54,267 bases of DNA from a virus (Duplodnaviria; Caudoviricetes): positions 1 through 54,267 of the IMG/VR virus record IMGVR_UViG_3300049893_000997; one strand, written 5' to 3'. A program made the position numbers and the translations under genes. Numbering within the stretch: position 1 is the stretch's first letter; each line of letters begins with the position of its first letter. The notes under the pieces are model-generated. The model made no database searches. It had not been told where the DNA came from and was given only the letters and a program-made list of their open reading frames with translations. Shown one piece after another: positions 37,452-47,827 of the stretch.

Positions 37452-39230
37452 ATGGTAAGAACAAATAATCCAGCGATAATCACTAGACCAGCGTCGTTGG
37501 TTTTAGTTGGAGAAATTAGCCACACCTTGCGGGCACAAGGTAATCCTTTAGCCACAGGAATAGAGGTTGATTCTTCTGCTGATTCTCCAGTGGTAAGCGG
37601 AAAATGGTCAGAAATACCACAAGCACAAGTTGGAATATTGGATTTTGCTACTTTTGCTGATATTGCTGGTAGATTTAAAGACGGCATCACAGACTCTAGT
37701 GGAGTGGCAAATAGAACTCCATGGAATTTAGTATCTGCTATTTCTTTAGATGCATTATTTTGTCCTTACAATAATATTTCTGATAGAGATCGTGCTGGTC
37801 CATACATGCCGTATTGGACAAGTCCATCCGGGTCGGTTGATACTAGTGGTCCAAATTCAAATACTTTGAACCCATTCAATCCATTCAATCAATTAGCATC
37901 CATTAATCCTAGAGGAAATACGATATCTAGTGATCCATGGACTTCTGGCGGTCATAACATCTCTATGGCTTTGAGTTATAATCCACTAGATTCTGGTGTG
38001 GACGGTAAGGGTGGTTACGTTGGTGTTAGTGGAACATATCCTTATGGTAGTGGTGCCCCGGTTGATTTATATTTCGAAAAAGACCACTGGGCACGTTCTA
38101 CGGTAGAAGTTACCGGAATTCGTGGCGTTGGATTTAGGGCACCAATGGTCCTTACGGGCTGGGGATTTGATACGGATGGCAAACCGGTTCCAAGTAATCC
38201 TAATGATAGTTCAAAATTTCATCCAGAAGTTAGCTGGAATATGAATTTATGGAAATCCGGACCAGTGGATTTAAGATGGGATAATAATAGAGGGGTTTGG
38301 ACTGGTGGAGGAAATAGTACTAAAATCTATCTAGTTAAATTGACAAATTTGTATACGCCTCCCAGTTTTTCTTTTGAAGTGGATAGAAGCAACAGCCGAG
38401 ATCAGTATACTCGTAATGCTCCAAATACTCGTAGAGCTTTTAGCTCCACCGGCAATATTTATGATCCAGAATACTTGGCATATACGAATAATGTGGACAA
38501 CAAGAACTATTATGAGCAATTAAATTACGCGGGATTAGAATTTCCTTTATACGAAGCGTTTATTATTAGAGAAACAATTGATGATCCAGTTTCTGGAGAT
38601 TCATACTATAATATTTGGACGAACGATTGTCAGGATTGTGGACATATCACGGTTCCGTGTGCTAATGGTCATGGTTCATCTTCTGTAAATAAGAAGATAT
38701 TGATTGAGAATCCACTAAGACAGTCTTTTGATGTGGGGGACTTAGCGTTTACTGTTTATACAGGAAGGAGCAAGAAAGTAAATACGGGCACTTTTACGGG
38801 CGGTACTGGAACTAGTGCTTCTGGAAAACTTGTTACAAATGCAAGCGGCGTAGCCTCGTTTACCGTGTTGAGTGGCGGAACCGGTTACACTAATGGTGCA
38901 TTTGCTGTGCAGTCTTCTGGATGTAAGATATGTACAAATTTAACCCTTGTTTTTACTGGCGGCGTGTTAACTAGCGGAACTGTTAGTCCATCTTCTGGTT
39001 TTCCAGTTAATCAAGAGTGTGCTTTAACAATTTATCCGAATGATGCTACAGCAGAAACAGAATCATTGCCAATACATTGGGTTACACAGGCTGAATTCAA
39101 ATCACAACAAGTTGTTACCCATGTAGAATGTGACAATGGAATATTACAAACTTGTACCATGAAAATACAAACTCAGGGATATAAAACATGTGAGTGGTGT
39201 GGCGAGGATACTGCACTAATTAATAACTAG
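37452..39230 (+). CDS. Tail tip structural protein
   Basis: RAPMVLTGWGFDTDGKPVP...WKSGPVDLRWD motif; VLSGGTGYT beta unit; Cys-rich C-terminus. Confidence 0.55.
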   Translation: MVRTNNPAIITRPASLVLVGEISHTLRAQGNPLATGIEVDSSADSPVVSGKWSEIPQAQVGILDFATFADIAGRFKDGITDSSGVANRTPWNLVSAISLDALFCPYNNISDRDRAGPYMPYWTSPSGSVDTSGPNSNTLNPFNPFNQLASINPRGNTISSDPWTSGGHNISMALSYNPLDSGVDGKGGYVGVSGTYPYGSGAPVDLYFEKDHWARSTVEVTGIRGVGFRAPMVLTGWGFDTDGKPVPSNPNDSSKFHPEVSWNMNLWKSGPVDLRWDNNRGVWTGGGNSTKIYLVKLTNLYTPPSFSFEVDRSNSRDQYTRNAPNTRRAFSSTGNIYDPEYLAYTNNVDNKNYYEQLNYAGLEFPLYEAFIIRETIDDPVSGDSYYNIWTNDCQDCGHITVPCANGHGSSSVNKKILIENPLRQSFDVGDLAFTVYTGRSKKVNTGTFTGGTGTSASGKLVTNASGVASFTVLSGGTGYTNGAFAVQSSGCKICTNLTLVFTGGVLTSGTVSPSSGFPVNQECALTIYPNDATAETESLPIHWVTQAEFKSQQVVTHVECDNGILQTCTMKIQTQGYKTCEWCGEDTALINN

Positions 39231-39238
39231 GAATTTGA

Positions 39239-42200
39239 ATGGCTTTTATTAACAAGACAACGGACCCCAAGTGCTACGAATGTGGTAAGCAATGCATTAA
39301 TGTGGAGTTCTGTTCCGCTGGTGCTAGTTACGACTTGGATGATGTGGGAACTCAAGGAGTTTCTTTATCACGAAATATTCGTGTATCAATTAAGGCTAAT
39401 CCGGAATTTTGGGGATTTAGCGGGGTACTGATTTCAGGATGGGCTACATACTCTAATGGTTATTACGATTATTTTGATGGATTTGATGAAGATCATCAGT
39501 CCACGAAGGTATGTAATTCTGTAACCTATGGGCCATTCTTAAATGAACAAAGGCCAGACGTTTTTTATCGGTCGGTATACGATCCGGATACGGGGCTAAC
39601 CTCTCACTATGGTTCTGATGGCTCTTTAGAAAGTAGCGGAATTGGGCGGGGAGGTGCTGAAGTTTATTTGGTGAATAGAGCTAAATCTTTGGTTAAATCC
39701 GTATCAGCAGACAATAAATCATGCTTGAGTAGCGATCCAACTCAATCATTTCGTAGATTTCCAGAGAATTTTGGCTGGGGCAATAAAATCAACTTTAATA
39801 CAAAGATCTTCAAAAATTTAAGCGGTGCCTGGAGATTAACTAGTTTAGAAAATTGTCACGCCGCCTCTAATCTTTATGATCCACCAGGATATCTAGTCGA
39901 TTGCTCTGGAAATGAAAAACAGAATATAAGCAGCCAAGAAAATCGTTATGGTTATTATGAGCCATCTAGAGTAAGAGCTTCTGGCTCATCTTCTTATTAC
40001 AAATATTCTTCCGGATGCTATCCGGACGGTGCTGTAGCGGGAAGATATGCGGGTTATTTTCCAGACTCAAGTAGCATTTTTCGATCCAATGCTTCATCGC
40101 CATTTGTTCAGGCAAGATTATCTTATGGCAGTTTAGATAATCCAATTGCGGCGAGCGGCCTGCGTAATGGAATGACTATAGGTATTAAAAATGATGTTAG
40201 CGGTATAGTCAATAATGTTTATGTGATTTTCGATGTTGTTCATTCCTCAACATATACTTCTGTTAAATTTGTTGGAACATCAACTGGAAATATTTCTTCT
40301 GCACTACCAACCGGCGACTTCTCCCTTAATGTAGGCAAGAGTGGGCATTGGGTTGCGTTTGATACCTATGATCCACAAACTTGTTGCGGTCTGAGTGCTT
40401 ATGGAATTTCGGATACCAATAAGCAGTTTGGCAACGAAAACAATTATCATACTGACTTTCGTAGAGTATTCAATAATCCAAAGAATCTTCTTCAATCAAA
40501 TCGAGATAGAAACTGGAGATACAACTATCATCTTTTTGATCCCATTGCTTATATTACTGGGGTATCTTCTACATCTGGTAGACTAGATTTTACTTATGTA
40601 TCTACTAGTGGTGGATATGGAGTTCTGAAAAATGTTAGTGGAATAATTGTTGCTAGTGGGTCTGGATATCCAGCGTTTGATAAAGAGTTATCATATTATG
40701 GTAATTTCTTTGAAACGGATAAATATGATGCCTTGATGAGATTGGATCAGGCAATTAATCGAGGTAAATCTAATAATGCTACGTGCTACAGCAAACATGC
40801 TACTTTAGAAGTTTTTCCAGACTGTATAACACAATATGACAAGTATAATGATTGTGATAATGTTGAGCAATATATAACTAATCAAGTGCCAAGATTAGCG
40901 TTCGTATATCGAGGATGTGATTTTAATGATGATTGCTCTTTCGATAGTAGCGGACTGCCGCTTGGTGGATGGAAAAATCAAGGAGGAGTTCCCACAGGAA
41001 TTAATGATCTAAAAAGGCAATTGGCGGGTCAAGAAATACATATGTTTATCAACCTCGCTGATGCTTGGGGAGGAAGAAAAGCGTTAAATCCCTGTAGGTG
41101 CGATTGCAATGGTTCTATTCCAGGATATGCTGAACCAGACCATGTTACAATTAGAAGTCCAATTACTTTTCCTTCTTTTCCAAATTTTGATCTTAATCCG
41201 ACTATTTATGGATGTCAAGATCCAAGATATCAGATAACACATAAAAGGTTGGAACTTGGTGGATCTATTCCGAGTACTGGGATATGTGATGCGTTTCCAA
41301 CATCTTCTAATGCTTGTTTACCAAAACAACCATATGTAACGTATGGCTATATCATGAATTTGTGTGGTAAGCAAAGTAAAAATAGACGGGATGTTATATC
41401 GGAAGCGTTTGCTAAATTACATCAAGACAAAACTTATACAAATGCTAATCCTACTGGCAATATTACTGAACCAATGTATTGGAATATTGTTGCTCCATCG
41501 GCTTTGCCGTTTGGTGGCCGTTTGTGGTCCAGTGGCACAACAGCAAGAGATGATTCTGGTGGTACATTTATTCAAGTGGCGGGTAGCGGATATGGATTTT
41601 GGGGCGTATCGGATACGAATAAGCAGGTGGTGGCCCCTTATTTTTGTACACAGCAGGGAAGATCGATTTGCTGCGAATCTACAGGAACATTCGTAGATTT
41701 TAGTCTTAGCGGAACACTGTCTCGCGTTTTGGGAACCAGTAATGGTTGGCCCACATCGTCAACACCATTTTTAATTGAATTTGAGGTTGAAGATACTTGT
41801 GGCGGTTGCGTTTCAACAAGAATGAATCCAACATCTTTGAATTTGGAAATTCAGGGACTGAGTACAGATTTTGTTTGGCAGCAGTCTACTACTAGATATG
41901 GTCATAATTACTGTACTTATGGAACGTCTACCTCTACAGCAAAAGCAAAGGTAGAAAAGCCAGGGTTTACATGTTCTAGTGGATTTGATACCTCTATTTG
42001 TGGAACAGGCGATAATTTTGGAGCAATTTATGGAAATTATTATACTGGAAACACATGCTCGTGTGTTAACGGATTAAACGTAACTCTTTCGCCCGTATTG
42101 GCATCGGGCACTAATGATGTGATTATTGGCTGGACTAGTAATTCAATCGGTGGTGCGGCGGGCCTTACAGAACTATCTGGATGTAATGATTTAACTAGTG

Positions 42201-45200
42201 CATTCTTAGATCAAACATATAACCGCGGAGAAGGTTTTGGTTATACTCCGTCTCAAGGATGCGGATACAGAGTTTTTGCTCAATTTGATTTAGCATGTGA
42301 TGGAATGCATGGATTTTTAGCAAAACCATATGCTCCAGACATTTACTATACAAGCGATCCGATATCTACGTTATGGTCAAATATTACTAATTGCTCTCAT
42401 CATTATCCGGCCAGAGTGGGCACAAATGGTGATCTTGATCTTAAAACAACATTGTATTTAGTAACTGAGCAAAATGTTGATATTTTCAAAAAGCTAACCG
42501 ATAAAGGCTTAAAAGAAAAGAATCTGGAGTCTTCGTGTATCACTTTAAGTGATTTTACTTCTGTAAATAATCCATTTGGTATTTGTCCTGGAGAAAAAGT
42601 TTATACATACGGTTGTAACCTGGGCTCGGTCTTTTATGGATGTACCGCTTCTGGCGGGTATGGTCCAACAGAATATTTACAATGCACGGGCAATAGTTTA
42701 TGTAATACCTGTCCTACTGGATCTGCCAGCGGTGAAGTTACATGCTCTTGCGGTGCGGCAATTGGTTACGAAGGAAATTTAACCAGAAGAGTACCAGCAA
42801 ATTATCAACTAAATGAGTGTTTTTGTGAATGTAAAGATCCATCTTTAATTGCTGAGTATACACTTACCAGTACCGGCTTGGTTCTAGTATCCGGGGCTAG
42901 TGCGGCATGTGCAGAGGTTTATTGGGTTTCCACCGATAAAACAGGAATGGTTTTGATAAACTGTGTACCCCCACAGCCCTATCTTGGGAAAAAACTATTT
43001 ACTAATGTTGGTTCTACGGACTGGTATGATTGGAGTCATGGTGTTAATGGAGTTGTTAGTGGCGTTAAGTATGATCTAAATTATCCATTTCTTAATACTG
43101 AGGAGTGCAATAATCTCAGAAGATATCCATTTACTTCATTAACATCGTTCGGAAATAGTGCCACAAGAATAGATTGCACCAGTTCTGATTGTGCGTTTGA
43201 TAATAATGTATATTCAAAAACATGTGGCGATCCGATTTATTCTAGTGGAACATTTAATGGCGTTCGCGTTAGAAAGAAAAAGTGTCATCCAGAAGTTGCT
43301 ATTGTTAATAAGATCGAGTGCCTTGGCAATAGTTACAAACTTTATATTTCAAGAGAATATCATGAACATGATAGAACGTGGGAAGAAGTACTAACGGTTG
43401 GAGATAGTACTATTTGTTCGCCAGTTAATGCTGGTGCGTATCTATATAATTATGGTAGCGGGGTTTCAGGATGTCAACAAATTAACTATGCACTTTTAGC
43501 AGATACAGTTACTCCAGCCTCCGATTCTCCTTGTAGTATTCATCCATCTTCTGGAACATATGTGAATCAAGACTATCAATATAACTTATCATCATTTCCA
43601 TCCGGATCGCGTATCTGGAATTACTTTAATCTGTTTTATTCCAGTTCTTATCTACCAACGGTCAGTAATGGTAGACTGATCGCGTCGATGTCTAGAACAA
43701 GCGGCATTTTTAGTTGTAGCGGAACTCCATTGCCGATAATAAATAGCAGCACTATTTTTACAACCGGCGAATATAACACTCCTGTTGGCTTTAATGGCAT
43801 TTTTGCAACCAATAAAAAACATAGTTGCGTTCAAGATTCTACGGTTTGTGGTGGTGAATTGTGGTGTAACAAATTATTCTTTCCTAGACACAGTTACAAA
43901 ACTGGAACTAGAATTGCACCATTTGGATCTCCTTCTATTTGTACCAGAACAAATGAATTCAAAAATGCATTCAATTTAGACGGATATGAAGAGGGGGGCA
44001 GCACCATAGACGGAGGTAAAACTTTACTTGATGAGCAAAGATTAAGATTTTTTGATTGGTGCAATGATAGTTTAATACAGGAGTCTTTACAAGATATTGG
44101 AATCGATGATACATACATTATTGTTGAAGACTATCTCCCGTTGATAGGAGTTGTTCATCCAGGATGGAGATTTACTTCTGATACTAAAAGTTGTACATTT
44201 GGTGGAACTGGATGTATCGATATTTTACCAACGCATAGCAACAATTCTATATTAGCTGGAGTTCATCAGCCCAAAACTTTTGCGGATAATGGATTTGAAT
44301 CAATGGGATATTATCTCGATAAGTTTGGTGCATCTTATGCTAATTCAGGATTGGTACGAGCGAGTGGATCGGATCAGTGCTTATTTAATCCATTTAAGAT
44401 TCTCATCGACGTAGAATGTTCATTAAATAGGATAGCTAGGAGAGATTTTCCATCAGATTCACCAACATATTTACACGGTGTTCAATCATGGTCGCCGGGT
44501 GCGTGTTTGGGTATGCTTGGTGATCCTCCGTGTTCGTGCGGCGACACAAACTGTGCATCTGCCTCTATTATGAAACAAGGGGAATGTGTCGGATTTCAGT
44601 TAACATCATACGATGCCACACTTGCCAGCGGAACATATTGGTATTGTCCAAGTGGAGCGTCATGTAGCGGGTGTTCTCTGAATGGGTGCGTGGAGCAAAA
44701 TGGTCAATATATACAGCTTGGTACTCCAGTAGGAAAATACTTTCATCCATCAGTTTTAGAATCTTTTACGCCAGTGGGAGTATTGTCTTCTACTCCTCAA
44801 ATATGTTATTGTTCCAGCGGCAGCGGCACGACCTCCGGTGTTTATACTTATGCCACAGCGGTTCCCTCCGGTCAAGTATGGAAAAAGAATACATGTGATG
44901 GCAAATTATATCAAGTAAGTACTTCTGGATTAACATATGTGCGTAGATTCACATGCACCAGTAATCAATACCTAGCAAAAGGACCGGCACAGGCAGCGAG
45001 TGCCAATCAAGGTTCACAATGTCAATGTGAATCTAATATTGCTGATGGAATCTGTGATTCTCAATATAGATGCATAGATTTTACTAGTTGTTCATGCCAG
45101 CCGGTCGGCATAGCATCGCAATTGGTGCCCACTATCTCCACAATGGGAACAGGAGGTAGTGGAATATGGTGGTCCACAGACTGTGGGTGCGAAGGCACAC

Positions 45201-45262
45201 CAAAAGCTGCTAGGGAATGCTCTCAGGATTCATTGATTGAGTGGGAGATTACAGAGAGTTAA
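39239..45262 (+). CDS. Giant cysteine-rich virion protein (putative adhesin/tail appendage)
   Basis: 2007-aa ORF ending the tail block; ~92 Cys by manual count; SG-rich like the other exposed proteins. Confidence 0.65.
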   Translation: MAFINKTTDPKCYECGKQCINVEFCSAGASYDLDDVGTQGVSLSRNIRVSIKANPEFWGFSGVLISGWATYSNGYYDYFDGFDEDHQSTKVCNSVTYGPFLNEQRPDVFYRSVYDPDTGLTSHYGSDGSLESSGIGRGGAEVYLVNRAKSLVKSVSADNKSCLSSDPTQSFRRFPENFGWGNKINFNTKIFKNLSGAWRLTSLENCHAASNLYDPPGYLVDCSGNEKQNISSQENRYGYYEPSRVRASGSSSYYKYSSGCYPDGAVAGRYAGYFPDSSSIFRSNASSPFVQARLSYGSLDNPIAASGLRNGMTIGIKNDVSGIVNNVYVIFDVVHSSTYTSVKFVGTSTGNISSALPTGDFSLNVGKSGHWVAFDTYDPQTCCGLSAYGISDTNKQFGNENNYHTDFRRVFNNPKNLLQSNRDRNWRYNYHLFDPIAYITGVSSTSGRLDFTYVSTSGGYGVLKNVSGIIVASGSGYPAFDKELSYYGNFFETDKYDALMRLDQAINRGKSNNATCYSKHATLEVFPDCITQYDKYNDCDNVEQYITNQVPRLAFVYRGCDFNDDCSFDSSGLPLGGWKNQGGVPTGINDLKRQLAGQEIHMFINLADAWGGRKALNPCRCDCNGSIPGYAEPDHVTIRSPITFPSFPNFDLNPTIYGCQDPRYQITHKRLELGGSIPSTGICDAFPTSSNACLPKQPYVTYGYIMNLCGKQSKNRRDVISEAFAKLHQDKTYTNANPTGNITEPMYWNIVAPSALPFGGRLWSSGTTARDDSGGTFIQVAGSGYGFWGVSDTNKQVVAPYFCTQQGRSICCESTGTFVDFSLSGTLSRVLGTSNGWPTSSTPFLIEFEVEDTCGGCVSTRMNPTSLNLEIQGLSTDFVWQQSTTRYGHNYCTYGTSTSTAKAKVEKPGFTCSSGFDTSICGTGDNFGAIYGNYYTGNTCSCVNGLNVTLSPVLASGTNDVIIGWTSNSIGGAAGLTELSGCNDLTSAFLDQTYNRGEGFGYTPSQGCGYRVFAQFDLACDGMHGFLAKPYAPDIYYTSDPISTLWSNITNCSHHYPARVGTNGDLDLKTTLYLVTEQNVDIFKKLTDKGLKEKNLESSCITLSDFTSVNNPFGICPGEKVYTYGCNLGSVFYGCTASGGYGPTEYLQCTGNSLCNTCPTGSASGEVTCSCGAAIGYEGNLTRRVPANYQLNECFCECKDPSLIAEYTLTSTGLVLVSGASAACAEVYWVSTDKTGMVLINCVPPQPYLGKKLFTNVGSTDWYDWSHGVNGVVSGVKYDLNYPFLNTEECNNLRRYPFTSLTSFGNSATRIDCTSSDCAFDNNVYSKTCGDPIYSSGTFNGVRVRKKKCHPEVAIVNKIECLGNSYKLYISREYHEHDRTWEEVLTVGDSTICSPVNAGAYLYNYGSGVSGCQQINYALLADTVTPASDSPCSIHPSSGTYVNQDYQYNLSSFPSGSRIWNYFNLFYSSSYLPTVSNGRLIASMSRTSGIFSCSGTPLPIINSSTIFTTGEYNTPVGFNGIFATNKKHSCVQDSTVCGGELWCNKLFFPRHSYKTGTRIAPFGSPSICTRTNEFKNAFNLDGYEEGGSTIDGGKTLLDEQRLRFFDWCNDSLIQESLQDIGIDDTYIIVEDYLPLIGVVHPGWRFTSDTKSCTFGGTGCIDILPTHSNNSILAGVHQPKTFADNGFESMGYYLDKFGASYANSGLVRASGSDQCLFNPFKILIDVECSLNRIARRDFPSDSPTYLHGVQSWSPGACLGMLGDPPCSCGDTNCASASIMKQGECVGFQLTSYDATLASGTYWYCPSGASCSGCSLNGCVEQNGQYIQLGTPVGKYFHPSVLESFTPVGVLSSTPQICYCSSGSGTTSGVYTYATAVPSGQVWKKNTCDGKLYQVSTSGLTYVRRFTCTSNQYLAKGPAQAASANQGSQCQCESNIADGICDSQYRCIDFTSCSCQPVGIASQLVPTISTMGTGGSGIWWSTDCGCEGTPKAARECSQDSLIEWEITES

Positions 45263-45691
45263 TTACCACTTGCCAATTGGGCAGCTAGAACTAGCCCATT
45301 TTGTTTTAACTTCAAGAAAGCATCCGCATTGGGCACAACGACTATTGTTTTCCACAATAAATGGACACTCGTTGCATATTTTGAGACGTTGTTCTTGAAT
45401 TTCTGATGTAACATGAGCCATTCCATTTGCAACATGTTTTGCGGCGGATTTAATAAAATTCCCAGCCATTTGCATTTTGCTAGGAAGTTGTGGCTCTTCT
45501 TTTGCTGGCTCAACTGATTCAATCGACTGTTTTTTGCAGTCGTTTGGATTCTGTTTTGGTCCACGACACTCTTCCCATAAATTAAAGTAGCCGGTGTGAC
45601 TTTGGCATAATTTATGTAAATGGGCAGATTTTTCTATTCCGTGTCTAACACAGAATCCAGCCATTGGGCATTCGCATGGAGTTTTATTCAT
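45263..45691 (-). CDS. Small Cys-rich metal-binding protein (DUF6171-like C-terminal domain)
   Basis: CECPMAGFCVRH...LC N-terminal cluster; RLKICNECP...RCAQCGC...KTKW...CPIGKW. Confidence 0.75.
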   Translation of the reverse strand: MNKTPCECPMAGFCVRHGIEKSAHLHKLCQSHTGYFNLWEECRGPKQNPNDCKKQSIESVEPAKEEPQLPSKMQMAGNFIKSAAKHVANGMAHVTSEIQEQRLKICNECPFIVENNSRCAQCGCFLEVKTKWASSSCPIGKW

Positions 45692-45914
45692 GAATTCCGG
45701 CCAAATTTTGGTAAGTACCTATACCAAGAAGCATAGCATCGAGATAGTCCCTATCTAATGCCAAGAAATGTATATGCCCGGCCATTTCGTGTCTAATGAT
45801 GGGAGATTCCCAGTTCATTTGCTCTAGATCGTGCTGGGAGATATCTTGTTCGATAATCTCACTAAACATCACTTTATTGTTATCTTTTTTGAAGATGAGT
45901 CTATAGTATTTCAT
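45684..45914 (-). CDS. Hypothetical protein
   Basis: 76-aa ORF overlapping the start of the downstream gene. Confidence 0.65.
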   Translation of the reverse strand: MKYYRLIFKKDNNKVMFSEIIEQDISQHDLEQMNWESPIIRHEMAGHIHFLALDRDYLDAMLLGIGTYQNLAGIHE

Positions 45915-45930
45915 TTTTCATATAGATAGT

Positions 45931-45960
45931 AGCCGGGGCCAGAATTATCTGGCCCCAGCC
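45931..45960 (-). terminator. GC-rich hairpin downstream of 45971..46330
   Basis: GGGGCCAGA-TAAT-TCTGGCCCC stem, extendable by wobble pairs; no clear U-tract. Confidence 0.5.
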
Positions 45961-45970
45961 ATATCCTATT

Positions 45971-46330
45971 TCAGTCTTCCTTGCCAGTTTCCTTGTTATA
46001 TTTTCTCCAAGGCTTCCAATTTCCCTCTTCGTCCTTGCTCTTTGGGAATAGACCACCACCTTTCTTGTTTTGGCCGAATACTCGCTTCGCGTAATTACAT
46101 TCCGGTTTGCTCTGATCATAACAAACCATCTCGTAATACTCGTTGTCCTCTTTGTCTGTTCTAACGTTTACGCGAACCTTATCGGATGTTTGACCATTCC
46201 TAACGCAGACGCAGTCATCAAATAATTCCTGCATATGGTATAAGAACTTGAATACATCGGAATCTGATTCACATTCATTCGATACAACAATATCTCGACC
46301 ACCAAGTTTTACTGAATATTCTACTCTCAT
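45971..46330 (-). CDS. Hypothetical protein coupled to the annealing protein gene
   Basis: TAATG coupling places the start at 46330; NEYYEMVC...C.YAKRVFGQ.KKGGGLFPK. Confidence 0.7.
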   Translation of the reverse strand: MRVEYSVKLGGRDIVVSNECESDSDVFKFLYHMQELFDDCVCVRNGQTSDKVRVNVRTDKEDNEYYEMVCYDQSKPECNYAKRVFGQNKKGGGLFPKSKDEEGNWKPWRKYNKETGKED

Positions 46331-47022
46331 TATTGATTCCAATCTTCTTTATAGCCTTGTAAATCTTTACCTAAGTTATGGTCGCCACGCTTGACCTTAT
46401 TAATTAGATCAATCATTTTAGCGGCCACATCACGCTTTACTTCGTACACACTATTATAGACTCGTTCGCCCGAATTGATAAACTTCACGACATCAATATT
46501 CAATTTCTTGCAATTAACATCGATATACTTAATCTGCTCAGGCTTGATACGCTCGTCCATTTGGTTTGGTTGTTGTCCCAAAAATTGGGATACATCCTTT
46601 TTGCACAATTCTTCTGCTGCCACAACCCTCAACTTTAGAGCTTTTCTTAATGCTCTGCCCTCGGCTTTTGTGGATGCTGTGGCTGGGGCGTGGACCGCAA
46701 ACATGTCGTCAGTATTACCAGCCCAAACATCAGCCACATCAGCATAGGTCTTTACGTAGGAGCTTCCATCTGGGTTTCTGATCAAAAACTGTACCTCATA
46801 GACCACGGTGGTCTTGCCTATCGGATCGTTTGTTTCTAGACGGTCCACTTTAATTGGTTTACTGGAAATAATCTCTCCAATAAGCATTTCTGCCACTCTA
46901 CGTAATCCGGCGGTTAGCGGATTACCATCTATCAATTCTTTGTCTGTGAAAAAAGTCATTGCATAGTCGCTCCATTCTGGAGACAATATGCTTGGAACTT
47001 TAGATTCTTCTGGTTTGTCCAT
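46330..47022 (-). CDS. Rad52/Sak-like single-strand annealing protein
   Basis: AGLRRVAE...TVVYEVQF...ATASTKAEGRALRKAL core; C-terminal IKPEQIKYI domain. Confidence 0.65.
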   Translation of the reverse strand: MDKPEESKVPSILSPEWSDYAMTFFTDKELIDGNPLTAGLRRVAEMLIGEIISSKPIKVDRLETNDPIGKTTVVYEVQFLIRNPDGSSYVKTYADVADVWAGNTDDMFAVHAPATASTKAEGRALRKALKLRVVAAEELCKKDVSQFLGQQPNQMDERIKPEQIKYIDVNCKKLNIDVVKFINSGERVYNSVYEVKRDVAAKMIDLINKVKRGDHNLGKDLQGYKEDWNQ

Positions 47023-47827
47023 CTTTTACCTCAATTTCTATCAATCGGTTTTTTGATTCCGGAAACTTTGTTTTAATAGAATCTATCTCCTGCATCACCA
47101 ATGATAGCAGATGATTCATCTTTGTCAAGGAGATGCTTTTATCGATTTGACGAATCCTAATCAATACATATCCATTATTCAACAATATACCCTGTTTTGC
47201 TGTATCAGCAGATCTTTGTTTTGCTAGTTTTTCCTCGCCCCATATGGGCATAAAATGTCCGGGGCCATCGATCTCAATAGCAGTTTTAATTTCTGGTAAG
47301 AAAAGGTCAACTTCTAAAGTATTACCAAAAACAAGGTCAGTTTTATGAAATTCAACAGTATATCCGGCTTTCATTAATCCGTTATGAAGATGTCTTTCGG
47401 TTTTTGATCCCAATTTGCTAGCATTACGAACGCTTTCTAGGGCCATACTCCTAATCTCTGCTTGTTTTGCCTTGCCAAGAGAATCCCAGTTTTTTTTGCT
47501 AATTTCTGATATCTTCTGTTTATCTTCATTAGAAAGGTTATGATACGCTTTGGATCGTGCGGCACCTATTTTTTCTTTGTGTTCATTGTCTAGTTTCTTA
47601 CCTTCTGTTGGGTGTTTAGCCCTGCCATTTTCTAGAGCTAATCTCTGTGCTTCAGAATAGTCTCTTTTATAGTATCCGTCGTCGTCGTGTAAGACTCTAC
47701 CAAGAAATTTCAAAGCTCTGAGAATCTTAGTTGAATAGGTGTTTAAAGATTCTGCTATTTCGTAGCTACTAGCACCATCTTTATACATTTGCAGTATTTT
47801 GTCTTTATTTTTTAAAGCGAATTCCAT
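47000..47827 (-). CDS. Vsr/DUF559-like endonuclease with HTH and NUMOD3-like N-terminus (probable homing endonuclease)
   Basis: SKTE...EVDLFLP...AIEIDGPGH...D..K....GY.LIRI; GKKLDNEHKEKIG motif. Confidence 0.8.
   Translation of the reverse strand: MEFALKNKDKILQMYKDGASSYEIAESLNTYSTKILRALKFLGRVLHDDDGYYKRDYSEAQRLALENGRAKHPTEGKKLDNEHKEKIGAARSKAYHNLSNEDKQKISEISKKNWDSLGKAKQAEIRSMALESVRNASKLGSKTERHLHNGLMKAGYTVEFHKTDLVFGNTLEVDLFLPEIKTAIEIDGPGHFMPIWGEEKLAKQRSADTAKQGILLNNGYVLIRIRQIDKSISLTKMNHLLSLVMQEIDSIKTKFPESKNRLIEIEVKDGQTRRI

Noticed and set aside
20779-45262. Contractile tail (sheath/baseplate wedge) or lysis genes
   Set aside because: No sheath, baseplate J, holin or endolysin motifs recognised; lysis genes may lie outside the window.
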